Below, piece after piece: positions 19,860 through 29,963 of a DNA stretch of 64,000 bases; within the stretch, counting starts at the first letter, position 1; each line of letters begins with the position of its first letter. A model generated the notes under the pieces. That model had not been told where the DNA came from. It did not search any database and worked only from the letters and a program-made list of their open reading frames with translations. The stretch comes from Candidatus Latescibacterota bacterium (GTDB lineage Bacteria > Latescibacterota > UBA2968 > GCA-2709665), in the NCBI GenBank assembly GCA_963662665.2, contig CAXXJS010000020.1, forward strand, positions 1 through 64,000, read 5' to 3'. Made by a program: the position numbers and the translations under genes.

Positions 19860-20942
19860 ATGGACAGACTCAAAGTAGGCGTTCTGGGCGCAACCGGCAT
19901 GGTCGGTCAGCGCTTTGTTTCACTGTTGGAGGTCCACCCCTGGTTCCAGGTCGTGTCCGTTGCGGCCAGCCCACGGTCCGCGGGCAAGACGTATCGTGAA
20001 GCCGTCGCGGACCGCTGGACCGTTTCCTCGGACATTCCACCGGCCGTTGCGGATCTGATGGTCCGGAACGTGAACGAGGTCAATGCCATTACCGATGAGG
20101 TCGACTTTGTCTGCTCGGCGCTCGATATGGAAAAAGACACCATCCGCGAGCTGGAAAACGCCTACGCACTGCGAGAGACGCCCGTGGCATCCAACAACTC
20201 CGCCCATCGCTGGACTCCGGACGTTCCCATGCTCATGCCGGAGATCAACGCGGGGCACGTGGACGTCATCGAGGCGCAACGGAAGCGCCTGGGCACACGC
20301 TCGGGTTTTGTCGCCGTCAAGCCGAACTGCTCGATACAGCCCTATGTCCCCGCCTTTGAGGCATTGACGGAATTCGGGCCCCAGACCGCATCCGTATGCA
20401 CTTACCAGGCCATCTCAGGCGCCGGGAAAACTTTCAAGTCTTGGCCTGAAATGGTGGATAATATAATCCCCTTTATAGGTGGCGAAGAAGAAAAAAGCGT
20501 CATGGAACCGCTGAAGATCTGGGGCAAGGTTCACAACGGTGAAATCCGGAACGCCACTGGCCCGGTTATCTCCGCTCAGTGCATCCGCGTGCCCGTCAGC
20601 GACGGGCACATGGCGGCCACCTCCGTGTCGTTTGAGAACAAGCCCTCGCGTGAACAGGTAGTCGATTCGTGGCGAAATTTCCAGGGTGACCCGAGGGCGG
20701 TCAACCTGCCGTCTTCGCCCAGGCCGTTTCTGACCTATTTCGAGGAAGAAGATCGCCCGCAGACGCGGTTGGACCGGGATGCGGGCAAAGGCATGGGCGT
20801 GACTCTCGGAAGGCTGAGGGAAGACAACCTGTTCGACTACAGATTCATCGCTCTGAGCCACAACACCGTTCGGGGCGCGGCGGGCGGCGCCATTCTGATG
20901 GCCGAATTGCTTGCGGCGGAAGGTTATCTGCAGGCGAAATAA
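19860..20942 (+). CDS. asd: Aspartate-semialdehyde dehydrogenase (archaeal/fungal-like subtype)
   Basis: GVLGATGMVGQRF, SNNSAHR, PNCS (catalytic Cys), QAISGAG, RVPVSDGH, HNTVRGAAGG. Confidence 0.95.
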   Translation: MDRLKVGVLGATGMVGQRFVSLLEVHPWFQVVSVAASPRSAGKTYREAVADRWTVSSDIPPAVADLMVRNVNEVNAITDEVDFVCSALDMEKDTIRELENAYALRETPVASNNSAHRWTPDVPMLMPEINAGHVDVIEAQRKRLGTRSGFVAVKPNCSIQPYVPAFEALTEFGPQTASVCTYQAISGAGKTFKSWPEMVDNIIPFIGGEEEKSVMEPLKIWGKVHNGEIRNATGPVISAQCIRVPVSDGHMAATSVSFENKPSREQVVDSWRNFQGDPRAVNLPSSPRPFLTYFEEEDRPQTRLDRDAGKGMGVTLGRLREDNLFDYRFIALSHNTVRGAAGGAILMAELLAAEGYLQAK

Positions 20943-20958
20943 CGCTGCGGTCTGACCC

Positions 20959-23460
20959 CTAGTGAGGAACGCCGTGCCGGTGCATCCGACGGTGGATGGC
21001 CTCCCTCGCCTCCGCAAACGGCCGCTCCAGATATGCCATATGATCGTCCTCACCGTGGTGATGGGTGACCTCTCCCGGCCTGTGCTGCCGGCTGTTACCG
21101 CGCATGTACGTGATGCATCCGTCCACAAGTGTCAACATGTACTGCGCGGTTTCTGAATCAAACATCCACCATTCGTCACCGCAGGCGATATACACCGGGG
21201 AGGTATGGGCCATAATCCCGCGCCCCCACCCGTCGAGGTGCGGCACGGCCCGCGAGTAACCCGGTCCTCCGCACCTGGCGGCCAGCCAGGAATGCGCGCC
21301 CACCTCTATCTTCGCCTTCAGACTCAGCTTGCGAGCACCTCCCGATTCTTCCGTTGAAGCAATCACACGTCCGTCCTGGACGATCTGCAACGTGTGGATG
21401 GGAAGCGTGCATTCCGCTTCAGCAACCGCCTCCACGACGCCTCCGTTGCCCGGGAGTCTGACCGTATCACCGATACTGCGGCCGTCCACTGTGAGCCGAA
21501 TGATCGGCCCGCCGCTGTGGAAGGTTCGCCCGGCTGCGAGGTTCCGGCACCAGGTTTCGTAGGTGAACGGCTCATCCTCGGGAATCTTCACGTACGTCCT
21601 GTAAATACCCACGGGCACGTCGCTGCTCATTTTGTCGGTGCCGCCCACGAGCGGCAGCCTGTACCCACAGTTGAGATAACGATAATACTCGTTGTGATTG
21701 TACATCGTGTGTCGGAGCATCTCAACCGCGTCGGCTCGGCCCGTAGCGATCAGCGTGGCCGGCTCGCCGTTGGGATTCGGCAAATGGGGAATAATAACGG
21801 TCCCGCCCTGTGCGTGACATTGGTCCGCCCAATCCGACATCGTCACCTCCAGCGTACCGCCCATCTCGCCTTCTCCCGGGCCGTCTGAACACCACGGCAT
21901 CACGGTTTCCTTCAGACCGAGCAGAATGAGATGCCCCAGAAAGTGCTGCCGGTTTTCCGATCCCACGTAGACAATGCTGCTCCCGTCCGGAGACACGCTC
22001 GCCCTGCCGGTAAACTCCTCGGTGCTGGTGAAGAGGTTGCCCCACTGCGACGGCAATAGATTCACAACGTTGAGATCCTCTCCCTGTGCCTCGGTGTGGC
22101 TTCCCTGCGTGGATAGAAAGTGGACGTGAGAATCTCCGCTGAACCACCGCTCGTCGTTCATGCTGCACCAGCGTTTCAAACGCAATTCAAGTTCTCGCTG
22201 ACCGGGCCTGATCTCCACGGCGGTTCGCAGCGGTTCATACTCGAATCCTCTGGCCACGTCCACAATGACCTTCCCTCGGGGCAACCAGCCCTGACACGTG
22301 CCGTTCGTATACGCGTATGAAATCTGACCCATCCGCACGTCGCTGCCCACGTCGATATGCCACGTGCCAAGGTTGGAGTTCACGTGCGGATGGTGTCCAT
22401 GCGGCGCGTACGGTATCCCTTCCGGCGACCTGAAGTGTACCCGGCAAGGCACCGGTTTCCCCGTGTCGTCATCGATTACCCGGGTGTGCACCCAGTTGCG
22501 CCCGCGGTTCACGACTTCGACCTTTAACGCGCGGGTCTCAATTGTCCCCTGTTTTTCCAACTCCCCCCAGTTTACGGCGCCGAGTGTCTCGGAGTCCTGC
22601 GTCACCGTGACGGTTGCCGAAGGGATCGCGGCCACTTCGACATATGCGGGACTACTTGCCGGATTTTGCGGTTCGCCCCAGCCCTTCCTGTCGTCCTTCA
22701 GAAAGCCATCCGACGCCTGCGCCGGCAGAGGATAGGGATACGTGGCAATCCCCCGATCCACCCTCACATCCAGGTCGAAGGGTTTTTCGGCCTCCTCCTG
22801 CCTGCGCAGCGTTATCAGCACTTCCCGCGGCGCCTCCCGCGAAATCGGATGCTCGGGAGCGTGCCCCAGCGTAATGCCCCCAATGACGAACCGTGGACCC
22901 TCGGGAACCACCTCCAGCCGTTCAATCGCTCGGTCCGGGTGAGGATTCTTCCAAACCCAAAGAGTGAAGCTTCGAGAACGGCCCTGCACCGCTTCGGTCT
23001 GACGTCGTCCGGCGTCGCCCCACCTTCCTTCATGGCGCGGCAGCATTCCGTCGGTCTGGTCCTGAACCGCGACGAAAGGCAGCCCAGAAGAGGCCGGCAC
23101 GGTACCAATCTCGAACCGGTCACGGATCGGTGCTGAAACGACGGCGCCGCCTGCGAGATGAAAGCGATATTCCGCGACCGGCTCACCTAACGGCCCGTTT
23201 TCCGGAATCCGGGAATCGAGCAACCGGTGCGCCACAACCACGCGCTGCGCGTTCCTTTCTACCGGGATAGAAACCGGTCGCTGCGACATTCCACCACCGA
23301 AACCCAGCAGGCAGGGTGCCGCCTGCGCATCAGCACGTCCGATCAGGAACGGCAGGCCCTGATAATGCCGGACGCCCGCAGACACGTCCGCTCCGTCCCC
23401 CAGGTGCTCCGGACCCGCGTTGCACACCCCGGACAAATCCAGCGGTTCATACGCATCCAT
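20959..23460 (-). CDS. CehA/McbA family metallohydrolase, paralogue 2
   Basis: RGFEYEP, SGDSHVH, ENRQHFLGH, PHLP, GGTDKMS, AHTSPVY; aligns along its length with 15810-18302. Confidence 0.8.
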   Translation of the reverse strand: MDAYEPLDLSGVCNAGPEHLGDGADVSAGVRHYQGLPFLIGRADAQAAPCLLGFGGGMSQRPVSIPVERNAQRVVVAHRLLDSRIPENGPLGEPVAEYRFHLAGGAVVSAPIRDRFEIGTVPASSGLPFVAVQDQTDGMLPRHEGRWGDAGRRQTEAVQGRSRSFTLWVWKNPHPDRAIERLEVVPEGPRFVIGGITLGHAPEHPISREAPREVLITLRRQEEAEKPFDLDVRVDRGIATYPYPLPAQASDGFLKDDRKGWGEPQNPASSPAYVEVAAIPSATVTVTQDSETLGAVNWGELEKQGTIETRALKVEVVNRGRNWVHTRVIDDDTGKPVPCRVHFRSPEGIPYAPHGHHPHVNSNLGTWHIDVGSDVRMGQISYAYTNGTCQGWLPRGKVIVDVARGFEYEPLRTAVEIRPGQRELELRLKRWCSMNDERWFSGDSHVHFLSTQGSHTEAQGEDLNVVNLLPSQWGNLFTSTEEFTGRASVSPDGSSIVYVGSENRQHFLGHLILLGLKETVMPWCSDGPGEGEMGGTLEVTMSDWADQCHAQGGTVIIPHLPNPNGEPATLIATGRADAVEMLRHTMYNHNEYYRYLNCGYRLPLVGGTDKMSSDVPVGIYRTYVKIPEDEPFTYETWCRNLAAGRTFHSGGPIIRLTVDGRSIGDTVRLPGNGGVVEAVAEAECTLPIHTLQIVQDGRVIASTEESGGARKLSLKAKIEVGAHSWLAARCGGPGYSRAVPHLDGWGRGIMAHTSPVYIACGDEWWMFDSETAQYMLTLVDGCITYMRGNSRQHRPGEVTHHHGEDDHMAYLERPFAEAREAIHRRMHRHGVPH

Positions 23461-23495
23461 TCCAGATTCCCCTTTGTCTACGTGTCGTCTGGACG

Positions 23496-24461
23496 CTACG
23501 TGACCCGGTTACGCGGGCGACCTTCCAGAAATGCAATGACGTTGTCCACCGCGCCTCCGTTCAGCAGATCGACCCCCTCCGGAGTCATGTCGGCGCAGTG
23601 CGGCGTCAGGACGACCTGCTCGCATGCGAGCAACGGATGCGACGGCGGCACCGGCTCTTCGTCGTAGACGTCGATGGCCGCTCCGCCCAGATGACCGGAC
23701 CGGAGCGCTGCCACCAGCGCGTCTGTATCCACCACCGGCCCCCGCGCGCCGTTCAACAGGATTGCGCCTTTTTTCATCAATCCGAATTCACGCGTACCGA
23801 TCATCCCTCGACTGTCCCCGGTAAGCGCCACATGCATGCTAACGACGTCGGCCGCAGCCAGCAATTCGTCCAACGTCACGAAACGCACCCCAAGCTTGCG
23901 GGCCCTCTTCGGCGACGGATTGTATGTCCACGCGATCACCTCCATCCCGATCGCGCGTCCCAGCCTGGCCATTTCAGCCCCGATATTGCCCGCGCCGACG
24001 ATGCCCAGCACTTTACCCTGCAGGTAAATGCCATCCATCCTTGGCCACCCGCCCGCTTTCATCCGCGCCGTGAAATAGGTCGCCCGTTTCGCCGCGGCGA
24101 GCATCAGGCCCAGCATGTGTTCGGCCACGACCGGCGCCGTTCGGCCCGGTTGATTGCAGATGACAATGCCGTGTTCTCCGGCTGCTTCCAGGTCGAACAT
24201 ATCGGTACCGATCGAACAACTCGTAATCATCTTCAGATCGGGCAACGCTTCGAATTCCTTTCGACCCCACGTCACCACCCCCCGGGTGTTTATGATGACA
24301 CCCGCCCCCTGCGCACGCTCGACTTTCTCCCCGGTCGATTCCGGCCTCGTATCGTACAATACCACCCGTCCGTAAGACGCCAGGCGATCCAGATGCAAAG
24401 ACCCGGCGATCATCAGGGGATCGTCTCCCGGGACCACCATCTTGACAGTTCCCTCTTCCAT
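23496..24461 (-). CDS. D-2-hydroxyacid dehydrogenase (phosphoglycerate dehydrogenase-like)
   Basis: VAEH, LGIVGAGNIG, LLNGARG, AAIDVYDEEP, LTPH. Confidence 0.9.
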   Translation of the reverse strand: MEEGTVKMVVPGDDPLMIAGSLHLDRLASYGRVVLYDTRPESTGEKVERAQGAGVIINTRGVVTWGRKEFEALPDLKMITSCSIGTDMFDLEAAGEHGIVICNQPGRTAPVVAEHMLGLMLAAAKRATYFTARMKAGGWPRMDGIYLQGKVLGIVGAGNIGAEMARLGRAIGMEVIAWTYNPSPKRARKLGVRFVTLDELLAAADVVSMHVALTGDSRGMIGTREFGLMKKGAILLNGARGPVVDTDALVAALRSGHLGGAAIDVYDEEPVPPSHPLLACEQVVLTPHCADMTPEGVDLLNGGAVDNVIAFLEGRPRNRVT

Positions 24462-24544
24462 TTCCAAAACCTCCCGTGTTTCCGAACCGGACGAAAGGGG
24501 CGCGGCACGGCACATGCAATCGCGCGGTGAACGTCTTGAACCGC

Positions 24545-25735
24545 TTACCCGCTCTCCGACGATCGCCCCGGACCTTCAGCGGCCAATGTGGCCAGTGCGT
24601 CGAGCAGCAGGTCGATCTCGTCTTCCAGGAGGAAAAAGGGCACGCTGGCGCGCAGACCGGGCCGCGTCGTTTCGTACGCCTTCAGGACTATCCGCCATCG
24701 CCTCCTGAGCGCGTCCCGAACATCGGGAGGCCGCCAGCCCGCCATATCGAATCCGACAAGGGCGGCGGACAGTTCGGGGGACAGAGGGGTGAACACCCGG
24801 ACACCCGGAATCTCGATCAACCCCTGCTTCAATTGCGTCGTCAACGCCACGGTGCGCGTCCAGATCGCGTCCAGTCCAATGGCGGCCAGATATTCCGCCG
24901 CAGACGCCCATGCGTGCACCAGCGGCCACGACCAGGGCCCGAATTCAAACCTCTCGGCGTCTTCCTTGAGACCGAAACGGCCATTCCTGAAGTCCACCCA
25001 CGCCTGCGCCCGTCCACCCGCATAGGTTACGCGGATTCTGTCCCTGCTCTCCCGGCGCGCGAAAAGCGCGCCCGCGGCATAGGGCGAATACATCCACTTG
25101 TAGGAGAGGATTCCCGCAAAATCGCACCCCAGTTCGTTGAGGTCCAACCGGTACAATCCGGCGGAATGCGCCGTGTCCAGAAAAGTGATGATTCCCCGTT
25201 CTCTCGCGGCGGCACAGATCCGTTCCGCCGGCAAACGATACCCTGAGTCTGTATTGACATGGCTCAGCCCGATCAGCCGGGTACGCCCCGTGATGCGGGT
25301 AACCATCGCCTCGACCTGCCCCTCCACGTCGTCTACCAGGGGCGCCCTGTCTACAATAACGCCGTACAGTTCACGCAAATGGAGGCAGGGCAACAGCAGC
25401 GCCACTTCCTCCTCTTCGGTAATCAGGATTCGGTCTCCGGCCTCCCAGTCTATGCCCCTGACGACGGTCTGGAACGCTTCGCTCACGCCGCGCATCAATG
25501 CCAGATCACCCGCCCCGACGCCAAAAAACCGCCCCAGGCGCTCCTTGGTCCGTCTCCGGCGCGGAATCTCCTCATCGGGAAATGCGATGTGCATCGGACC
25601 GCGTACGAACAATTCCCGCATCAACCCGCTATGCGTCTCGGCCACGGGCGCCGGTGTGATGCTTACGCCTCCGTTCTGGAACCACACATAGTTTTCCAGT
25701 GCAGGAAAGTCCGCCCTGATCTTCCCGATATTCAT
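24545..25735 (-). CDS. Class V PLP-dependent enzyme (C-S lyase / isopenicillin N epimerase-like)
   Basis: IRADFPAL, LSHV...G, DTAHSAG, SYKWM (PLP lysine), AERFEFG, LRAS; no SufS RxGHHC motif. Confidence 0.85.
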   Translation of the reverse strand: MNIGKIRADFPALENYVWFQNGGVSITPAPVAETHSGLMRELFVRGPMHIAFPDEEIPRRRRTKERLGRFFGVGAGDLALMRGVSEAFQTVVRGIDWEAGDRILITEEEEVALLLPCLHLRELYGVIVDRAPLVDDVEGQVEAMVTRITGRTRLIGLSHVNTDSGYRLPAERICAAARERGIITFLDTAHSAGLYRLDLNELGCDFAGILSYKWMYSPYAAGALFARRESRDRIRVTYAGGRAQAWVDFRNGRFGLKEDAERFEFGPWSWPLVHAWASAAEYLAAIGLDAIWTRTVALTTQLKQGLIEIPGVRVFTPLSPELSAALVGFDMAGWRPPDVRDALRRRWRIVLKAYETTRPGLRASVPFFLLEDEIDLLLDALATLAAEGPGRSSESG

Positions 25736-25806
25736 TCGTCTGTACTCCACACGTGAACTGGAATTCCGACACCGGCGTCGGATGCCGATGGGTTCAACCG
25801 CGCCTT

Positions 25807-25847
25807 GGCCGGCCGCAACCCGGATGGACTTTTTGAATGGGCGGCTA
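25807..25847 (+). mobile_element. MITE-like repeat family A, degenerate end fragment overlapping a stop codon
   Basis: GGCCGGCCGCAACCCGGATGGACTTTTTGAATGGGCGGCTA aligns with GGCCGGACGCGGCCCGGATGGACTCTTTCAACGGGCTGTTA (53844-53884). Confidence 0.6.
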
Positions 25848-26750
25848 ACGCCAGTGTGCGGGCAGTATAACGTCCTTCAATCCGAAATGCCTCGCAATCC
25901 AATGCTCCTGGAAGACTCCGTCCTTGAAACGTGAGTGTTCAGAGGCGCGAATCTCCACCGGTCCCGGCGCGGCATCGACCATCGCCCCAAGCATTTCAGT
26001 GGTTCCCCACAGGAGGGTCGGTACCGTAATCCGGGGCGCAAAGAACAGTGGGTCGAAATAGGAGACCGTGCGGGCGACCATCGCGCGGCGGTCCGGGAAC
26101 TGGCGCAAATATTCGTTCACCTCTTCCAGCGGATAGCTTTCGGTGCCCGCCGCCCGATCCATCGTGCCGTAGTAGAAAGACGGAGAAGCAACGAGGTGCG
26201 TCAGTCCCCCCCGGAGCGCCGCCGCCAGCAACGGCATCTCGTTCTGCCCGATCCCAACCATGCGGCGATGATCGGCTTCAGGTCGGGTGAGTACATAGTC
26301 CACCGCACGGCAGCAATCGGCCACGATGCCGCGCATGACATATCCTGCGGGGTCCTCGATTCCGTCCATAAACAGGCCCGGAAAGGATGCAGCATAGGGT
26401 CTGTCGGCATTGCGTTGCCCCCTCGCGGCCATGGCGAAGACCAGGAACTGGCTGAGCTTCTCGACTGCATCGCCCTGCGGCAACGGCTCCACCACGCTCT
26501 GAAGGCGCGTAAAATAAACCAGCGTTGGAAACGGACCCTCCCCATGGGGAATGCTCAGATAGCCGAAAAGCCGGTACGGACCGACGCTCGTGAAACGCAC
26601 TCCGTACGTCGTGGAATACTCTGTCGACCGAATCGGCATCAATTCCTCTTCGGGCGCAATCGGCGTGGCGTCCAGTGCTTTCATCGTACAATTCCAGTAC
26701 GCGTCGAAGTCTTCGGGCCTGGTGGTCGTCGGCCGATATGGGACCGGCAT
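25845..26750 (-). CDS. Acetylxylan esterase (AXE1/CE7)-like protein lacking the catalytic serine
   Basis: PEDFDAYW, ARGQ, D..RAVD, YP.EE..YLR, SYFD..FA..I conserved, but the nucleophile elbow reads GIGQNEMP instead of GxSQGG. Confidence 0.8.
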   Translation of the reverse strand: MPVPYRPTTTRPEDFDAYWNCTMKALDATPIAPEEELMPIRSTEYSTTYGVRFTSVGPYRLFGYLSIPHGEGPFPTLVYFTRLQSVVEPLPQGDAVEKLSQFLVFAMAARGQRNADRPYAASFPGLFMDGIEDPAGYVMRGIVADCCRAVDYVLTRPEADHRRMVGIGQNEMPLLAAALRGGLTHLVASPSFYYGTMDRAAGTESYPLEEVNEYLRQFPDRRAMVARTVSYFDPLFFAPRITVPTLLWGTTEMLGAMVDAAPGPVEIRASEHSRFKDGVFQEHWIARHFGLKDVILPAHWR

Positions 26751-26807
26751 TGAAAGTTTCTCCCGGCGACGTGGGGGCGGCTGCGGTCTTGCCCCCGCAG
26801 ATCGAAA

Positions 26808-27737
26808 TCAAGGCTGGTTTTTCAAGTGTTTCGCAAAGAACGCTTCTTTGACCTTATCGTGCTCTACGGCGCCGGCGTCGTGGGCGTGGCCGTCATATGC
26901 ATACATTCGCTTGTCATTCGACGCGATTGCCCGAAATGCCGCGTATCCCGTTTCTGGCGGACAGATATTGTCCTGAAGACCCACGTTGACGATAATCGGA
27001 CACGAAATCCGCGGACCGAAGTGAATCCCGTCGAAATACGCAAGCGTTTCTCTCACAGCGGCCTCCCGCTCGGGATAGAGCCTCAGATAGTCTCGGATTT
27101 CCTGATATGGGTATGTATGTGTGAGCTGGATCGCATCCATGAATCCGCACAGATAGGGCGCTCCCGCGGCCCCGGCCCTTGGATCCCGGAGCGCGGCCAC
27201 CACGAACGTCAATCCACCTCCCTGGCTGCTGCCCGTTACACCGATCCGATCCGCATCCACCTCCTCCCTGCCAGCCAGAAAGTCGAACGCGCGCACGGCA
27301 TCAATATAGAACCCGCGGTAGGAGTAGGTATTCCGATCCACGATATTGTGCGTCAACAATCCCGGATAACCGGGGTTAAACTGCCCGTTGCTTCTGAGTT
27401 TTCCACGCGGGGCAACGCTGAATACCGCGTAGCCCCCTTTTGCCTCCTGTTTTGGCAATTGGGGTTCGCCAATATATCCCGGCACCCGCAGGATTGAGGG
27501 CAACTTCCCCGCCCGCGACGCGGGCAGACAATACCAACCCGCAATCCTGATGCCGTCGATACTGTCAAAATGGACGTCGAAGACATCCACGTCGGGCGTC
27601 GACCTGAGCGGGCTGCGCGCCATGGACGCGTTCAGGGGTATCCGGTCCGCAGTGGCGAGCACGTCGTCCCAGAATACATCGAATTCTTCCGGGCGCACCA
27701 TGGACGTCCCGTAATTCTCCATCGCACTCTTGTCCAT
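26808..27737 (-). CDS. Acetylxylan esterase / cephalosporin-C deacetylase (AXE1, CE7)
   Basis: PEEFDVFW, PGY, DAVRAFD, GSSQGGG (Ser), GLQDNICPP (Asp), GHAHD (His). Confidence 0.92.
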   Translation of the reverse strand: MDKSAMENYGTSMVRPEEFDVFWDDVLATADRIPLNASMARSPLRSTPDVDVFDVHFDSIDGIRIAGWYCLPASRAGKLPSILRVPGYIGEPQLPKQEAKGGYAVFSVAPRGKLRSNGQFNPGYPGLLTHNIVDRNTYSYRGFYIDAVRAFDFLAGREEVDADRIGVTGSSQGGGLTFVVAALRDPRAGAAGAPYLCGFMDAIQLTHTYPYQEIRDYLRLYPEREAAVRETLAYFDGIHFGPRISCPIIVNVGLQDNICPPETGYAAFRAIASNDKRMYAYDGHAHDAGAVEHDKVKEAFFAKHLKNQP

Positions 27738-27762
27738 TCAGCCTCCGTCCTATCGGGACCGA

Positions 27763-29696
27763 TCAACCCGAACCAGCGATGTCCAGGACATTGACAGAAC
27801 TCTCCGCTCCGCGCCGTCCGAATGCATTGACGGGCCTGACAGACAACCTGTTCAGCTCCGGATTCAGGCGCCATTCGAAGGCCGCCTCCGGCTTTTCCTG
27901 CCACACGCCGTCGTCGATCCGGATCTCAAACCCCCTCAAATTCGCGGTTTCCGTATCCAGCAAAACGCGAAGCGTATCCGGTTCGTCCGCCTGTTGAAGA
28001 TGAATCTCGGCCCGATTCGGAGTCCAGTAGAGGTCGCCGGGACGTTCCGTGTGTTCGGAGAACCATGGCAACGGGGCCGTGTCCGGGTCCTGCCAGAACA
28101 GATATCTGTTGAAATGGTAGGAGATCTTTCCATGTTCCGGCTCTCCCGGCCCCATCGTCTCCAGTTCGTCGTTCCGAAGGGAAATCATAAATCGTTCGAA
28201 CAACTTCAAGCGCCCGGCCACCTGAAACCTCTCGGCAATCGATGGCGGCGGCTCCGGGACGATTTTCACGTCTGCGAAATCCTTCTCCACCCATGCGCGG
28301 TGCGCGTCCAGCGCTGAGAGCGGCATCCCCCGGCGTTCGAAATGGTACGTAAATTTCGTCTCGTCGTTGGCATCTCCTCCGACGTCCATGGCCACCCATT
28401 TCCCGTGCTGGTTCGACCAGATTTCATTGATACAATGTGAACGCATGATCTGAGTTCGGGCCGTAAATCCCAGAGCGGCGCTGCAATGCGACATCACCGT
28501 CGCATAATGTGTGCACATCCCGAGGCTCAACTTGCGACTCGCAAGACTCAGAATCACCATCGCGTCCCAGGGTGGGCAGAATTCAATTTCGCCCATGTTC
28601 CAGCCGTCCTCCCACTGCTCCCTCACCCACTGCCGCAGGTGCAGGAACGCCTCGAACTCGGACTTTGCGGGCCGGATCACATCGTCCAGTCTCCACCGCT
28701 CCCGCAGGATCTGCCCACGTTTTGAGTCTGCGGGGAGATGAGAAAACCGGTAGGAACTCCGGACCAGCGGCGGGTTGGCGGAATCGACGACGTCTGCCGC
28801 CGGCAGTGTAGCCCGTGCGGTTACCGACAGCGACACTTTCTTCACCTCCGGCGTCATCGATGGCTTCCCTGACCGCATGACAATGCGCCATTGCAGGAAC
28901 CGGAGGGCGTTGGCCGGTTCAATCGATTCGGATGCCGGCGCCCACGCCGTCCAGGTCTCCGGGCTGTAAGCCGGACCAGGCCCGCCCCGCCACTGCAAGT
29001 CCGTTGTGCATTCTCCCGGCGTCCGGACGTCGGCCGACAACCGGAAATTGGCCACGCTGCCCGCGGCCGCGATTCCGCCAGTGGAGACAAGACCCAGCAG
29101 GTCCACGGCAGTGGAACAGATCTCGCCCGCCTCCGCATATTGATCCAGCCAGAGCCGAACCATATATTCTCCGCAGGCGCGGTGGTTTACACCCATTTCC
29201 TCCGAACGCCAGGTCTGACCGCCGTCATCACTGACGGCGCTTCGCTTCGGCTGAACGCTCTCTTCCACCAGCAGTGTCCACGCCGCATCGCCTACAGATC
29301 TGAAAATCACTTCATTCCTGCCAGAACGTAGCCAGTGGGCTGGAATTTCTACCGGCCGCCAACGGTCCTCCCAATATGTACGGTCGCCGGGCCAGCCGAT
29401 CCTCATCGAGTGACCGTTCACCTCAATTTCCAATTCTCCGTCGACACGGTCACACAGCAGAAACGGGCACAGCAGCGCACGGGAGGCTGCCAGTACGGGA
29501 ATGAAGAAAGTCTTTCGGCTTGCCGCAGCCCCAGGACCGACTCCCGATCGTTAAGACTGCAGTTGCCCATTTCGTCCGCGACGGCAATCCCACGCCTGAG
29601 CCTGACGGCGTTCTCGGCAATAGAGATGCTTCTGCCTGTACACTCCACGAAGTCGCGGTGTGAACGCCATACTCTAGCGCCGTGCGCCAATGTCAT
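27763..29696 (-). pseudogene. Transglutaminase-like (Cys-His-Asp) protein with N-terminal beta-rich domains, split by an apparent 1-nt frameshift near 29515-29530
   Basis: GMCTHYA...SHCINEIW...KWVAMD triad in ORF 27763-29433; ORF 29418-29696 has RBS+ATG; the downstream frame is open and protein-like from about 29517 (RKTFFIPVLAASRALL..LEIEVNGH). Could be a sequencing error. Confidence 0.6.
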
Positions 29697-29963
29697 AACC
29701 GTCCCCCGGCCAGAATGGAGAATTGCGCCTTCATTGTCGTTTTACTATATTTGGAAGCCCGATTAGCAGGCGGTGATTCGGCTCTTCAAACCGGGTTCCT
29801 GCGCCGCCTCGGAACGGTCTGGCGAATCCCCCGCGTCATTTCCCGAACCGGACCTTGTATCCTGTTTTTCGAAATTCCGGCCGGGAACGAGACTGAACCC
29901 TGCACGGAGTAAGCTACATTCGCGAAGACCACGGTCGGCTTCGACCGCACCGGGAATGCACCT

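Noticed and set aside
23316-24530. 404-aa plus-strand ORF, and similar long shadow ORFs at 55339-56376, 52362-53291 and 17118-18041
   Set aside because: Each lies antisense to a well-supported gene and lacks recognisable motifs.
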